From a virus (lineage: Duplodnaviria > Caudoviricetes), in the IMG/VR virus record IMGVR_UViG_3300020129_000380, positions 1 through 63,349 of that record: a stretch of 63,349 nucleotides of DNA; one strand, given 5' to 3'. This document shows, piece after piece, positions 29,494-38,946 of this stretch (the stretch's first letter is position 1; every line of letters starts with the position of its first letter). The translations under genes and the position numbers were made by a program. A model generated the notes under the pieces. That model did not search any database. It saw only the letters and a program-made list of their open reading frames with translations, and was not told where the DNA came from.

Positions 29494-29916
29494 ATGAAAC
29501 ATCTTTGTCTCGCCCTCTTTTTCGTTCTTTTCGCAGGAAGTGCTTTCGCCGCTACCCTTTCCGTCCAAAACCTATCCCTCACCGGACTTATCAGTTCGAC
29601 CCTCGCTTCAGCTTCGACGGGCGATAAGTTCCTAAACAACGGAAACACATTCCTACTGTTCAGCAACGGGAACGCCTCTTCGCGTACTCTCACGCTAACT
29701 GTGCAGAACGCGACCGTGAACACGGCAGGTTACAACCCTCTTACCGTCGGCAACCCGACCGTAACCCTCCCCGGCAGCGGAACGAACGGCGGTTTAGCCC
29801 TTGTAGGGCCTTTCGGTCAGACCCAATTCAATGACGGCACCGGCATGTTGAACTACACCCTTGATAACGCCACGGGCATGAACGTCGCCGTCATCAACAT
29901 GCCCCGCCTGCCATGA
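29494..29916 (+). CDS. Secreted tail-associated protein
   Basis: Signal MKHLCLALFFVLFAGSAFA followed by ATLSVQ...GDKF.N.G.TFL...VGPF domain reminiscent of tail-operon proteins. Confidence 0.7.
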   Translation: MKHLCLALFFVLFAGSAFAATLSVQNLSLTGLISSTLASASTGDKFLNNGNTFLLFSNGNASSRTLTLTVQNATVNTAGYNPLTVGNPTVTLPGSGTNGGLALVGPFGQTQFNDGTGMLNYTLDNATGMNVAVINMPRLP

Positions 29917-30389
29917 TCTCTCCCTCCCGCACGATAACCATCGGGGACAAACAATACGTCCTCGATGGCTCTTTCGGCACCCTCCGCACCGTTCAGGAAT
30001 CTTTCAAACGCGACGTCGTCGATCTCGTCATCGGCGTCATGGACATGCGCCTTGATGAGGTTGCGAAGCTCATCGCCCACGCCAGTAACAGCATACAAGA
30101 TGAAATCGGCCAAGCCATTCTCGACAATCTTGGGCAAGGAAATGCTTACGTTCTCCTGAAGACCGAGCTTTACGCATGGCTGATGGTTGCTCTCGCACCC
30201 AAGGCAGAACGCGAAAAAAAAAGCGTTCAAATGGACGAAATCGTTCAGAAGGCCCGAGCAGCTTTCCATGGCCAGACTACCAACGCCTCGCCCTCGGATG
30301 CCTCGGCTGGCAGCCCAGCGAATTCTGGCGAAGCAACGTCTGGGAACTCACCTACGCCTGGGAAGGATACGCCCGAGCCAACGGTATAA
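29913..30389 (+). CDS. Tail assembly chaperone (gpG-like)
   Basis: Between tail tube and tape measure genes; A9 run at 30214-30222. Confidence 0.75.
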   Translation: MISPSRTITIGDKQYVLDGSFGTLRTVQESFKRDVVDLVIGVMDMRLDEVAKLIAHASNSIQDEIGQAILDNLGQGNAYVLLKTELYAWLMVALAPKAEREKKSVQMDEIVQKARAAFHGQTTNASPSDASAGSPANSGEATSGNSPTPGKDTPEPTV

Positions 30390-30460
30390 AGCTGGGCGAG
30401 GAAGAATTCCCCACCCGCGAAGAACTCGACGAACTCATGCAAAGGTTCCCTGACAAATGA
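30215..30460 (+). CDS. Tail assembly chaperone gpT portion (-1 frame)
   Basis: -1 frame encodes WPDY...LGWQPSEFW...TREELDELMQRFPD, a GTA-type chaperone motif. Confidence 0.7.
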   Translation, partial: KKKRSNGRNRSEGPSSFPWPDYQRLALGCLGWQPSEFWRSNVWELTYAWEGYARANGIKLGEEEFPTREELDELMQRFPDK

Positions 30461-32130
30461 CCGATATAGGCGAACTCGTTGTACGCATCAAAGCAGATGC
30501 CGCACAGCTTCAGGCGGAGATGAATAAGGCTACCGGAACAGTGAAGCAGTCTGCGGGCCAGATGTCTTCCGCTCTACAATCGGTGAAGGGCACCTTAGAA
30601 GCGTTAGGTATTGCATTTGGTGCCGTGGCTATTGCCGAATTTGGGAAAAAATCCATCGAGGCGGCTTTCAACATCCAGAATCTTGCCGACCGAATCGATT
30701 TTTCTGCAAGCAGTTTATACGCCTTAAGGCCGATCCTCGCCAGCACTGGGTCGAGCGTAGATGAGTTTTCCCACTCCGTCTACATGATGAATAACTTCAT
30801 CCAACAGGCAATTGACGGCAACCCAAAAGCCATCGAAACCCTGAATAAACTCGGCTTATCCGCAACTGCCCTCAAAAATCTTCAGCCAGAAGATGCTATG
30901 AACGCCATGGTCGACGCTATTTACCGTCTTGGCAATATCACCGACCAAACCGCCGCTGGCAGGGAGGTCTTCAGTCGCCAATGGGCGACCCTGATACCCC
31001 TAATGCTCAAAAGCAAAGGGCATCTCGAAGACTTTATCAACGAAGAAAAAAAGCTCGCCCCCAATGACGCCGATATCAAGCTTGTACATGATTTCTGGGC
31101 GTCCATAGAGGATGGTGCCCTCCACGCTGAAGCCGCAGTCATCAAATTCGGCGCGGCTTTCGCCCGTGCTTCGCTGCTAACCGTACCAGGTGGTGGTGGC
31201 TCCAATTCCCATGTTTCCAACACGCTCCCTTCCGGCGTAATGAATCTAGGCCCCCATGATCCTAATGCCGTTGCTTGGGCACAAAAACAATATGAAGATG
31301 AGCTTAGTGGCAAAGGCAATAACAACAATCTCAACGGCCCGCCCAAAGTTCAGGTCAATCAACTCCAAACATACATCAAGGGATTGCAAGACGAATCGGC
31401 CGCCCTTGATCTCTCCAAACTCCGTCTCATGGAAGTTAAGGCCGAACGCGAAGGGGCCGCCAAGGCCATCGAAGATTATAACAACGGCCTACGCAAATCC
31501 AAAGACCTCACCACGGACGAAATTGAATCCATCGACGCATCCGTGGACGCTTATAACGCCCGCAAGGAAGCTCTCGACAAAATCCACAAGCAAGAAGAAG
31601 AAGAACTGCACATGCAGGCCCAGCTAAAAGCTGAGATCTCCAGTGCTCTTGCACAAGGAATAATGGATTACAAAAACTTCGGTTCTGCCGTGAAAAGCGT
31701 CTTGAGCCAGATTGTAAAGCAGATTATCGAAATGCAGGTCACAACGCCCCTGGTTAAAGGAATCGGCAACCTGTTCGGCGGATTCAGCGGGGGCGGGTTA
31801 TCATCAGGCGGCATGTCAGCCGAAGCTGATTTCACCGGTATCCCCGCTTTCGCCTCCGGCGGCTCCCCGCCCGTCGGAATGCCCTCCCTTGTCGGCGAAA
31901 ATGGCCCCGAACTCTTCGTGCCCAACACCGCCGGCACCATTGTCCCCAACAGCAAAATGGGTGGCATCAGCGTCCAAAACACCTTCATCATGCAGCCAGG
32001 TCTTTCGGAAACCGTAAATGCGGCCGTCATGCGTTCCGCTCCCACCATCATTCAAGCCTCCCATGACAGCGTCATCGCCGCCCTTCAAAAAGGCGGCAGC
32101 GATTCCCGCGTCGCAAGGTTGCGTGCATGA
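30457..32130 (+). CDS. Tape measure protein
   Basis: MTDIGELVVRIKAD start, helical Ala-rich body, FASGG...VGENGPELFVP C-terminal motif. Confidence 0.9.
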   Translation: MTDIGELVVRIKADAAQLQAEMNKATGTVKQSAGQMSSALQSVKGTLEALGIAFGAVAIAEFGKKSIEAAFNIQNLADRIDFSASSLYALRPILASTGSSVDEFSHSVYMMNNFIQQAIDGNPKAIETLNKLGLSATALKNLQPEDAMNAMVDAIYRLGNITDQTAAGREVFSRQWATLIPLMLKSKGHLEDFINEEKKLAPNDADIKLVHDFWASIEDGALHAEAAVIKFGAAFARASLLTVPGGGGSNSHVSNTLPSGVMNLGPHDPNAVAWAQKQYEDELSGKGNNNNLNGPPKVQVNQLQTYIKGLQDESAALDLSKLRLMEVKAEREGAAKAIEDYNNGLRKSKDLTTDEIESIDASVDAYNARKEALDKIHKQEEEELHMQAQLKAEISSALAQGIMDYKNFGSAVKSVLSQIVKQIIEMQVTTPLVKGIGNLFGGFSGGGLSSGGMSAEADFTGIPAFASGGSPPVGMPSLVGENGPELFVPNTAGTIVPNSKMGGISVQNTFIMQPGLSETVNAAVMRSAPTIIQASHDSVIAALQKGGSDSRVARLRA

Positions 32131-32729
32131 CCATCAACATGCCCTCCACGCCCAATTTCACGACCTGCCGCTTCGGCCTTGAGACCAACACGCAGACCTT
32201 TACCAGCCCCCTCACAAAGAACGTCCAGCGTGTTCTCCTCGCTGGTTCCCGTTGGTCGGCTCTTTATTCCCTCCCCGCCATGAAACGCGACCAAGCTGCT
32301 CCATGGAAGGCTTTTTTCGACCTTTGCGAAGGGCAAGCCAACGTCTTCGTCGCCTTCGACCCCGATTGCAAAAACCCTCGTGGGAACGTTGTCGGCAGCA
32401 CGCCGCTTGTCGCCGGGGCATCTCAGACTGGAAGCTCCCTCACAACCGACGGCTGGGCACACAGCACGCTCGTTTTGAAAGCAGGGGATTATTTTACCGT
32501 CAACAGCGAACTCAAGCGCGTCACTTCGGATGTTACGAGCGATGGTTCCGGGAATGCCACAGTTAGTTTCAAGCCCGCCCTTCGTTCAAGTCCTGCCGAT
32601 AATGCTCCGCTAACGGTCACAAACGCCACGACATCAATGGCCCTTCAGGACGACATGCAAGCCATGTTCACTTGTAATCCCAACGGCATTTACCAGCCGA
32701 TGACTTTTGCGGCGATGGAGGTCTTTTGA
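32127..32729 (+). CDS. Distal tail protein
   Basis: FTSPLT...RW...LKAGDYF...FKPALR; directly after tape measure gene. Confidence 0.75.
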   Translation: MTINMPSTPNFTTCRFGLETNTQTFTSPLTKNVQRVLLAGSRWSALYSLPAMKRDQAAPWKAFFDLCEGQANVFVAFDPDCKNPRGNVVGSTPLVAGASQTGSSLTTDGWAHSTLVLKAGDYFTVNSELKRVTSDVTSDGSGNATVSFKPALRSSPADNAPLTVTNATTSMALQDDMQAMFTCNPNGIYQPMTFAAMEVF

Positions 32730-33301
32730 CGACCGGCAGCAGGGACATCACATCGACGACAGCAGCAGCAGCCGCGGCGTCAACGATCATCCCCGTCATC
32801 TTCGCCAAGCTCGAACTCGACTCCGGCGATATTCTCATGCACACCGGTCTCGGCGACATCACCTGGGGCGGCGATACCTACTCAGGTGTAGGCAAATTAG
32901 GGAGCATCGGCACTGCTGAAGAGGTTTCTGACCTTTCACGCTCGCCAATTACCCTCACACTTTCCGGCATTCCCAACGACCTTATCGCCATTGTTCTCGG
33001 ACAGTATTACCAAGGCCGCTCCGCCACTATTTCCCTGGGGTATTTCGACCTCACCACTCGCATCCTCGTTGATACCCCCACCATCATCTATAAGGGGAAT
33101 ATTGACACTTCCAATATCGCTCAAGACCAAACAGGCACCGTCACCATCTCTGTAGAAAGCCGCTTCTCCGCATGGGATAAACCCAACGTCCGTCGTTATA
33201 ACAACGCCGACCAACAACTTCGCTTCCCCACCGATAAAGGTCTTCAATTCGTCGAAAGGGCAACCGACCAACAAATATTTTGGGGTGGTAAACAGCCATG
33301 A
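32726..33301 (+). CDS. Minor tail / hub protein
   Basis: TLTLSGIP...RRYNNADQQLRFPTDKGLQFV...IFWG. Confidence 0.75.
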   Translation: MTTGSRDITSTTAAAAAASTIIPVIFAKLELDSGDILMHTGLGDITWGGDTYSGVGKLGSIGTAEEVSDLSRSPITLTLSGIPNDLIAIVLGQYYQGRSATISLGYFDLTTRILVDTPTIIYKGNIDTSNIAQDQTGTVTISVESRFSAWDKPNVRRYNNADQQLRFPTDKGLQFVERATDQQIFWGGKQP

Positions 33302-33684
33302 GAGTTCAAAACTGGCCCTCTCTCCTTTATTTGCATTTACAGGATGCTCCGGAATTTGAATGGGGGCAAACCGATTGCGTGCTATGGTGTGCGGATTGGA
33401 TTCAAAAAGCCATCGGCGAAGACCTTACGGATGGCGCCAAGGGACAGTATTCAACTCTCGGCGAGGCTTACGAATACCTAAATGACCTCGGCTTTGAAAC
33501 CCCCGCTGACCTCGCCGACGAACATCTCGACCAAATCCAAATATCCTACGCCCAACGTGGAGATATCGTTCTCCATCCCGACGGACCCTTGGGAATTTGT
33601 GATGGAACATATAGCCACTTTCTCACCGAAACCGGGAAAACCCGATTTACGACCTTGAATTGCCTCCGTGCGTGGAGGGTTTAG
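33298..33684 (+). CDS. NlpC/P60-like tail tip protein
   Basis: FEWGQTDCVLWCADW...AQRGDIV. Confidence 0.75.
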   Translation: MRVQNWPSLLYLHLQDAPEFEWGQTDCVLWCADWIQKAIGEDLTDGAKGQYSTLGEAYEYLNDLGFETPADLADEHLDQIQISYAQRGDIVLHPDGPLGICDGTYSHFLTETGKTRFTTLNCLRAWRV

Positions 33685-35865
33685 ATGTGGATTCTCCCGT
33701 TTCTTATTGCGTTCTTTACTCCCACTCCCGCTCACGCTGATCCCGTATCGCTAACCGCCGCAGCCATCGCTGCCGCTGAGTCAATAACCTGGGCCGACGT
33801 TGCCATTTTCGCTCTCAAAACCGTCGCCGCAATGGTCGTGTCTTCGGTCTTGAGCCGCGTCTTTGCCCCGCATCCGAAACAGCCCAACTTCGCCCAAGCT
33901 TCACAGGATTTCGGCGTCATGGTGCGGTCGAGCATCGAAACCCACAAAATCATATATGGCCAGGCGAAAGTCTCTGGTCCGCTGGTCGCCGTCGCAACGA
34001 CAGCCGACACAAATCAGTTCCTACACATGGTCATTGCCCTGGCCGGCCATGAAGTCTCGGAAATCGGCACGATTTACTTTGAAGACGTCCCGCTCAGCGT
34101 CAGCACAGACGGCTGGGTTACGAGCGGAGCCTACCCGAAAACCACTTCCTCAGTTGCCCAATCCATCTCATCCGCCTCCCGCACGGATGGCATAGTCACC
34201 GTCACCACCGGATCTTCGCATGGCTTCAGTGTTGGCGATCAAGTCGTCATCAAAGACCAAAGCGTGGCTTCTTTTAACGGCACGTTCATTATCCTCACCA
34301 CACCCAGCGGAACTACTTTCACCTACGCCACCGGCGGCGACAACGGCTCATCCACGGGCGGGACTGCGACAGATACAACGAACAATTCGGCTACAGACAG
34401 CTACGCCCGCATCAAAAAGTTCCTCGGCGCCGATGACCAGGCTGCGTCGACCGACCTCATCAACGAATTTCCCGGCTGGGATTCCGATCACACACTTTCG
34501 GGAATCGCCTACATCTACATCCGCCTCGAATATAACCGTGATATCTTCACGCAAGGCATTCCAAACGTAAGTGCCGTCGTCAAAGGAAAGAAAGTCTACG
34601 ATCCCCGTACAACCGGCTACGCATGGAGCGACAATGCCGCCCTTTGCATCCGGGATTACCTGACCAGCGATTACGGCTTTAATTGTGACTCAACCGAAAT
34701 CAATGATACCTATTTCACTTCCGCCGCTAACCATTGCGAGGAATCCGTCACCCTCACGACCGGCGGCTCGCAAGACCGTTATACCTGCAACGGCGTACTC
34801 GACACCGCATCCGCCCCAAGCGATAATCTCAATGCCCTCGTTGCCGCTCTGGCAGGAACCGTAACTTACGTTCAAGGCCAATTCCGCTGCCATGCCGGGG
34901 TTTATGACGCTACCGTGGGAGATATCACCACCGCCATGCTCGCCGGGGGAGTCAAGATCCAAGCGAGAACGACGCGCCAGCAACTTTTCAACGCTGTGCA
35001 GGGAACCTACACCGACCCGAACAAGAATTGGCAACCTACCGACTTCCCAGCGGTCACAAATGATACCTACACGGCACAAGACAATCAGCAAATCTTCAAA
35101 GACATCCAACTTCCTTTCACGAACCAGCCCGAAGCTGCCCAACGCATCGCCAAGGTTATTCTCGAACAAGCCCGCCAAGGAATCACCATCGAACTACCTC
35201 TGAAGCATTCGGCGTTGCCCTACGCCGTCTGGGATACCTTTACCTACACCGACCCGGTTTTGGGATGGGACCATAAAGTATTCCGCATCCGCAAACTCAG
35301 CACGACCGGGATAGGACCGATTACCATTTCTGCCCAGGAAGAAGCATCTACCGCGTATGATTGGGATTCCGGCGAAGCGACCACCATTGATTCCGCCCCC
35401 GATACCAACCTTCCAAATCCCTTCTCCGTAAATGTCCCCACCGGGGTTGCGTTCAACTCCCGTGTCATCAGCTCGACTGGCACCGACCAGATTTATGAAC
35501 TCGGCCTCGTCTGGGACAACCACGCCGATTTCTTCGTCTCTCAAGGGGGCAAATTCGAGGTGCAATTCAAGCTTTCCGCCGATTCCGACTGGAAGCCGTC
35601 TTTCGCCGTCGATGGCAACCTCATGTCCACCGATATCGCTGCGGCTTCCATCAACACCAGCTACGACATTCGCATACGAGCACGCAACAATCTCGGCGCC
35701 TCATCTGCATGGGTAACGATTCTCGGAGCAGTCGCAGGCTCATCCGGTGGCGTCGGGACGACCGCCGATTGGACAAATTGGACTAACGCCGTCGGCACAA
35801 CCGCCGATTGGGATAACTGGACGGATGCCGTTGGCACGTCAAATGATTGGGGATTCTTTACATGA
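33685..35865 (+). CDS. Tail tip / central fibre (host-specificity J-like)
   Basis: IIYGQAKVSG, VKGKKVYDPRT..WSDNAALCIRDYL, RYTCNG, C-terminal FN3-like region. Confidence 0.85.
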   Translation: MWILPFLIAFFTPTPAHADPVSLTAAAIAAAESITWADVAIFALKTVAAMVVSSVLSRVFAPHPKQPNFAQASQDFGVMVRSSIETHKIIYGQAKVSGPLVAVATTADTNQFLHMVIALAGHEVSEIGTIYFEDVPLSVSTDGWVTSGAYPKTTSSVAQSISSASRTDGIVTVTTGSSHGFSVGDQVVIKDQSVASFNGTFIILTTPSGTTFTYATGGDNGSSTGGTATDTTNNSATDSYARIKKFLGADDQAASTDLINEFPGWDSDHTLSGIAYIYIRLEYNRDIFTQGIPNVSAVVKGKKVYDPRTTGYAWSDNAALCIRDYLTSDYGFNCDSTEINDTYFTSAANHCEESVTLTTGGSQDRYTCNGVLDTASAPSDNLNALVAALAGTVTYVQGQFRCHAGVYDATVGDITTAMLAGGVKIQARTTRQQLFNAVQGTYTDPNKNWQPTDFPAVTNDTYTAQDNQQIFKDIQLPFTNQPEAAQRIAKVILEQARQGITIELPLKHSALPYAVWDTFTYTDPVLGWDHKVFRIRKLSTTGIGPITISAQEEASTAYDWDSGEATTIDSAPDTNLPNPFSVNVPTGVAFNSRVISSTGTDQIYELGLVWDNHADFFVSQGGKFEVQFKLSADSDWKPSFAVDGNLMSTDIAAASINTSYDIRIRARNNLGASSAWVTILGAVAGSSGGVGTTADWTNWTNAVGTTADWDNWTDAVGTSNDWGFFT
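35752..35852 (+). repeat. 39-bp tandem coding repeat, about 2.6 copies
   Basis: Units start at 35752, 35791 and 35830, encoding VGTTADWTNWTNA / VGTTADWDNWTDA / VGTSNDWG. Confidence 0.8.
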
Positions 35866-36842
35866 CGACAGCGACACAAACACAAATCCGCAGAGATACA
35901 GCGACCAATTTGACTGCCGCCACTCCCGCATCCGGAGAATTAGGTTACGACACCACGAACAAGCGTCTTGTCATCGGGGATGGATCTACCGCGGGTGGTA
36001 TCAAATGCACCATGGCCAAAGACCTGCAAAACCAAACATTCATCGCAGGAACCGTGGGCGGTACAGGCGATGTCATCACTTTGACGAATTCGCCCGCCAT
36101 CACCGCCTACGCTTCAAACCAGAAATTCAGCTTCAAAGCCGGGGCCTCAAATACGACGGCTGCCACCATAAACGTTGATGGACTCGGTGCGAAGAACATC
36201 AAGAAAATGCTCGACAATGCTCTTGCTTCTCTCGTCGCGAACGACATCATCAGCGGCGGCGAATATGAAATCATATACGATGGCACGCAGTTCCAAATAT
36301 TGGGCTTGCCCAACAAAACCCCTTCGGTCGGCGCACTGGTTTATCTCGGCACATTCACGGCCAGCGGCAGCGCAACCCTCGACATCACCAGTGCAATCTC
36401 GTCCACTTACAATGATTATAGACTCGTCCTCGACAATCTCTTACCAGCCAGTGTAGGCGTGAACCTTTTAATCCGGATGAGTTCCGACAACGGATCGAGC
36501 TTCGACAGTGCGGCACATTATGCCGCTGTTACCAGCGGTTTCGTTTCCAGTAGCTCCACTGCTACCATCAACAATCAAAACGGTGCCTCATCCATACGGG
36601 CCGTGACGACCATCGGATCGGGTTCTAAGGTGTCCGGAACTATCGATCTCTTTGCTGTGAACACCGCCACCTTCCAATCAGTTGACATAAATCTAGCTAT
36701 TACTGACGGCACTAACGCCACCGCTTCTAAGGGCGCGGGCATGTGGTCGAATTCCGCCGCTTACAACGCCGTGCAATTCCTCATGTCCAGCGGCAATATT
36801 ACATCTGGTAACGTCAAAATCTACGGCATTGCAAAAGCATGA
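35862..36842 (+). CDS. Tail fibre with Mtd-like N-terminal domain
   Basis: QIRRDT...GELGYDTTNKRLVIGDGSTAGG; C-terminal AVQFLMSSGNITSG.VKIYG. Confidence 0.8.
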   Translation: MTTATQTQIRRDTATNLTAATPASGELGYDTTNKRLVIGDGSTAGGIKCTMAKDLQNQTFIAGTVGGTGDVITLTNSPAITAYASNQKFSFKAGASNTTAATINVDGLGAKNIKKMLDNALASLVANDIISGGEYEIIYDGTQFQILGLPNKTPSVGALVYLGTFTASGSATLDITSAISSTYNDYRLVLDNLLPASVGVNLLIRMSSDNGSSFDSAAHYAAVTSGFVSSSSTATINNQNGASSIRAVTTIGSGSKVSGTIDLFAVNTATFQSVDINLAITDGTNATASKGAGMWSNSAAYNAVQFLMSSGNITSGNVKIYGIAKA

Positions 36843-37069
36843 CGCCCAAACAAACCAAATACGCCTTTGCCACTCTTGATCGCCACAAGGAAGCCCTCGG
36901 CAAACACGGCCATGCCATCGGGGGCATCAAATCCCGAATGGGTGTTCTTAACACTTTCATTGACAATCATTCCCTCCGCCTTTCGGCCATGGAGTTCCGC
37001 CTTAAAGCACTTTTGCTTGCACCAGCTATAGCTTGTGTCATAATATTCATCGCTAACTATACGAGGTAG
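36839..37069 (+). CDS. Small membrane protein
   Basis: ATGA overlap; C-terminal hydrophobic helix. Confidence 0.5.
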   Translation: MTPKQTKYAFATLDRHKEALGKHGHAIGGIKSRMGVLNTFIDNHSLRLSAMEFRLKALLLAPAIACVIIFIANYTR

Positions 37070-37075
37070 CTCACA

Positions 37076-37438
37076 ATGAGTAAGGTGAAGTTCGATACCG
37101 GCATTGAAATGGAGCACAAAAACCGTTACTTCCGCTTCGTTCCCACCATTTCCACAGGCCATCTCACCATGGCCGCATCCGTCATCGTCGCTTCGACTCT
37201 CGCCTGGGCGCAACTTCGGAGCGACATTGCGAAGCTCGACAATGAAAACTCCAATCGGAAAGCCGAAATCCAAACCGTAACGGATAAACAGGATAAAGAC
37301 CGTGGTGAACTCTATCGCAAAATAACGGAAAGCCAGGCGACCATGCATGGCGAAATAAAAGACCTCGGCAGCACGATGGCGGCACGCTTCGACCGGCTGG
37401 AAGACAAGCTGGATCGAAAGGCGGATAAAAGGCCATGA
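37076..37438 (+). CDS. Membrane-anchored coiled-coil protein (lysis region)
   Basis: One TM segment then coiled coil; GAGG RBS. Confidence 0.6.
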   Translation: MSKVKFDTGIEMEHKNRYFRFVPTISTGHLTMAASVIVASTLAWAQLRSDIAKLDNENSNRKAEIQTVTDKQDKDRGELYRKITESQATMHGEIKDLGSTMAARFDRLEDKLDRKADKRP

Positions 37439-37875
37439 GCGACCGCGATATCACCCATCTCCATCCGGACCTACAACCGCTTTATACCCAGTGGCATGAT
37501 ATGTGTCATCGCCAATCCATTCCCGTCTTTATGGTTGAAGGCTTCCGCTCCATGGCACAACAGGCCCTGGATTACGCCGTTGGCAGGGACGAACACGGCA
37601 ACATCATCGGGAAAATCTTAACTAACGCCAAACCCGGCCAATCCCCACACAATTTTACGATCGATGGTAATCCGGCCAGCAAAGCCTTCGATTGGGCTAT
37701 TCTCAATCCTGATGGCTCAGTTAATTGGAACGCTAATTCCCCGCTTTGGAAAACCGCCGTCACCATCGGCAAGCTCCTCACCCTCAAGTGGGGTGGTGAT
37801 TTCAGCTGGAAGGATAACGACCATTTTGAACTTGAAAACAACCGCTTTGCACTTCAACCATGGAGAACACAATGA
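37435..37875 (+). CDS. Endolysin, M15 peptidase (L-Ala-D-Glu type)
   Basis: EGFRS..QQ..Y..GR, AKPGQSPHN, AFD, WGGDF..KDNDHFE. Confidence 0.9.
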   Translation: MSDRDITHLHPDLQPLYTQWHDMCHRQSIPVFMVEGFRSMAQQALDYAVGRDEHGNIIGKILTNAKPGQSPHNFTIDGNPASKAFDWAILNPDGSVNWNANSPLWKTAVTIGKLLTLKWGGDFSWKDNDHFELENNRFALQPWRTQ

Positions 37876-38040
37876 ACAGTTTCGTCAACGGATTTGCTAT
37901 GGGGCTAGGCTTCTGTCTCGCCTATTTGATTTTCCACCTCTTGCACCTTCTTTAGCTTGACTTAACTCCGGCAAAGGAGCATTTTATTTACAATGTTCAT
38001 CTTCATCAACAAACGGGAATTTGAAAGGATACTTGATATT

Positions 38041-38238
38041 ATGTCAAACTTCACCGACGCCATGACCGCCCTCCGTGCAAAACTCGATGCTCTCGGCACC
38101 CCCACCGATCCCGCCCACCTCGCCGCCATTGACAAGGCCGTTGCAGACCTGACCACGGCCGAAACCGCAGATGCCGCCAACATCAAGGACATTCAGGACG
38201 GCTTGGCAATCCTGACTGCCCCAACTCCGACCGCATAG
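38041..38238 (+). CDS. Hypothetical protein
   Basis: Ala-rich helical ORF in lysis region. Confidence 0.5.
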   Translation: MSNFTDAMTALRAKLDALGTPTDPAHLAAIDKAVADLTTAETADAANIKDIQDGLAILTAPTPTA

Positions 38239-38246
38239 GGGCATAT

Positions 38247-38582
38247 ATGAGCCTTAAACATCTCATTGCTGAAATCGAATCCGTCGTTGCCAAATGGAAA
38301 ACCGTCCCGGTCGTAGGCACCGTAGTCACAGACGTTGAGGAAGCTGGTGCCGCCACCATCAGTTACGTGAAAGCCCATGGCCTACAAGACCTGTATCAGC
38401 TTGCCATTATTGCCGTATCGGCACTAGCACCGGGCGCTTCATGGGCGGCCATGCTGGCTTCGCTCGAGGCACAGGCTCTGGCAGATGGCAAACAGCTTGT
38501 AAAAGGCGCTACGGCGGTTGTAGCAGCCCAGGCTCAAGCAGACCTTATTGCAGCGGGCAAATTACTGCCCCCGGTAGCCTGA
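38247..38582 (+). CDS. Hypothetical protein (lysis region)
   Basis: Ala/Val-rich ORF with RBS. Confidence 0.55.
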   Translation: MSLKHLIAEIESVVAKWKTVPVVGTVVTDVEEAGAATISYVKAHGLQDLYQLAIIAVSALAPGASWAAMLASLEAQALADGKQLVKGATAVVAAQAQADLIAAGKLLPPVA

Positions 38583-38583
38583 T

Positions 38584-38760
38584 ATGCCACTCTGGGGAGC
38601 ATTACGTGGCAAAAAGACATATCTTGTTACCGCTATCGGCATTCTCGGCGCCATCGCAGCCTACCTCACGGGAGACATGACCCCACAACAAGCTTTTCAA
38701 ACCATCATGCCCCTTCTCGCGGCAGCCGCATTGAAACATGGCCAGGCTAATCCTCAGTAG
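38584..38760 (+). CDS. Putative holin
   Basis: Not in track; MPLWGALRGKKTYLVTAIGILGAIAAYLTG...LKHG, two TM segments, GKKTY motif. Confidence 0.65.
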   Translation: MPLWGALRGKKTYLVTAIGILGAIAAYLTGDMTPQQAFQTIMPLLAAAALKHGQANPQ

Positions 38761-38860
38761 CCTTCTTTTCCTCACGGGCTGTTCATCGCCCTGCCATTCC
38801 CTATACGACGACATTCTCCAAGCCGAAAAGGCGGGTTGCCAATGCGAGCAATCCCGCTAA
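38738..38860 (+). CDS. Tiny lipoprotein (o-spanin-like?)
   Basis: Translated by hand: MARLILSSLLFLTGC..., lipobox LTGC, 40 aa. Confidence 0.5.
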   Translation: MARLILSSLLFLTGCSSPCHSLYDDILQAEKAGCQCEQSR

Positions 38861-38946
38861 TCCTTCTTCTTTGCGGTTGTCAGGCATTATGCCCAGACGA
38901 TGACCCAGGGTATGTATGCCTGAACCTCACATTCCCCATCGGATAA
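38842..38946 (+). CDS. Tiny lipoprotein
   Basis: Translated by hand: MRAIPLILLLCGC..., 34 aa. Confidence 0.45.
   Translation: MRAIPLILLLCGCQALCPDDDPGYVCLNLTFPIG

Noticed and set aside
35862-36842. Diversity-generating retroelement suggested by the Mtd-like N-terminus
   Set aside because: No reverse transcriptase and no template/variable repeat pair seen
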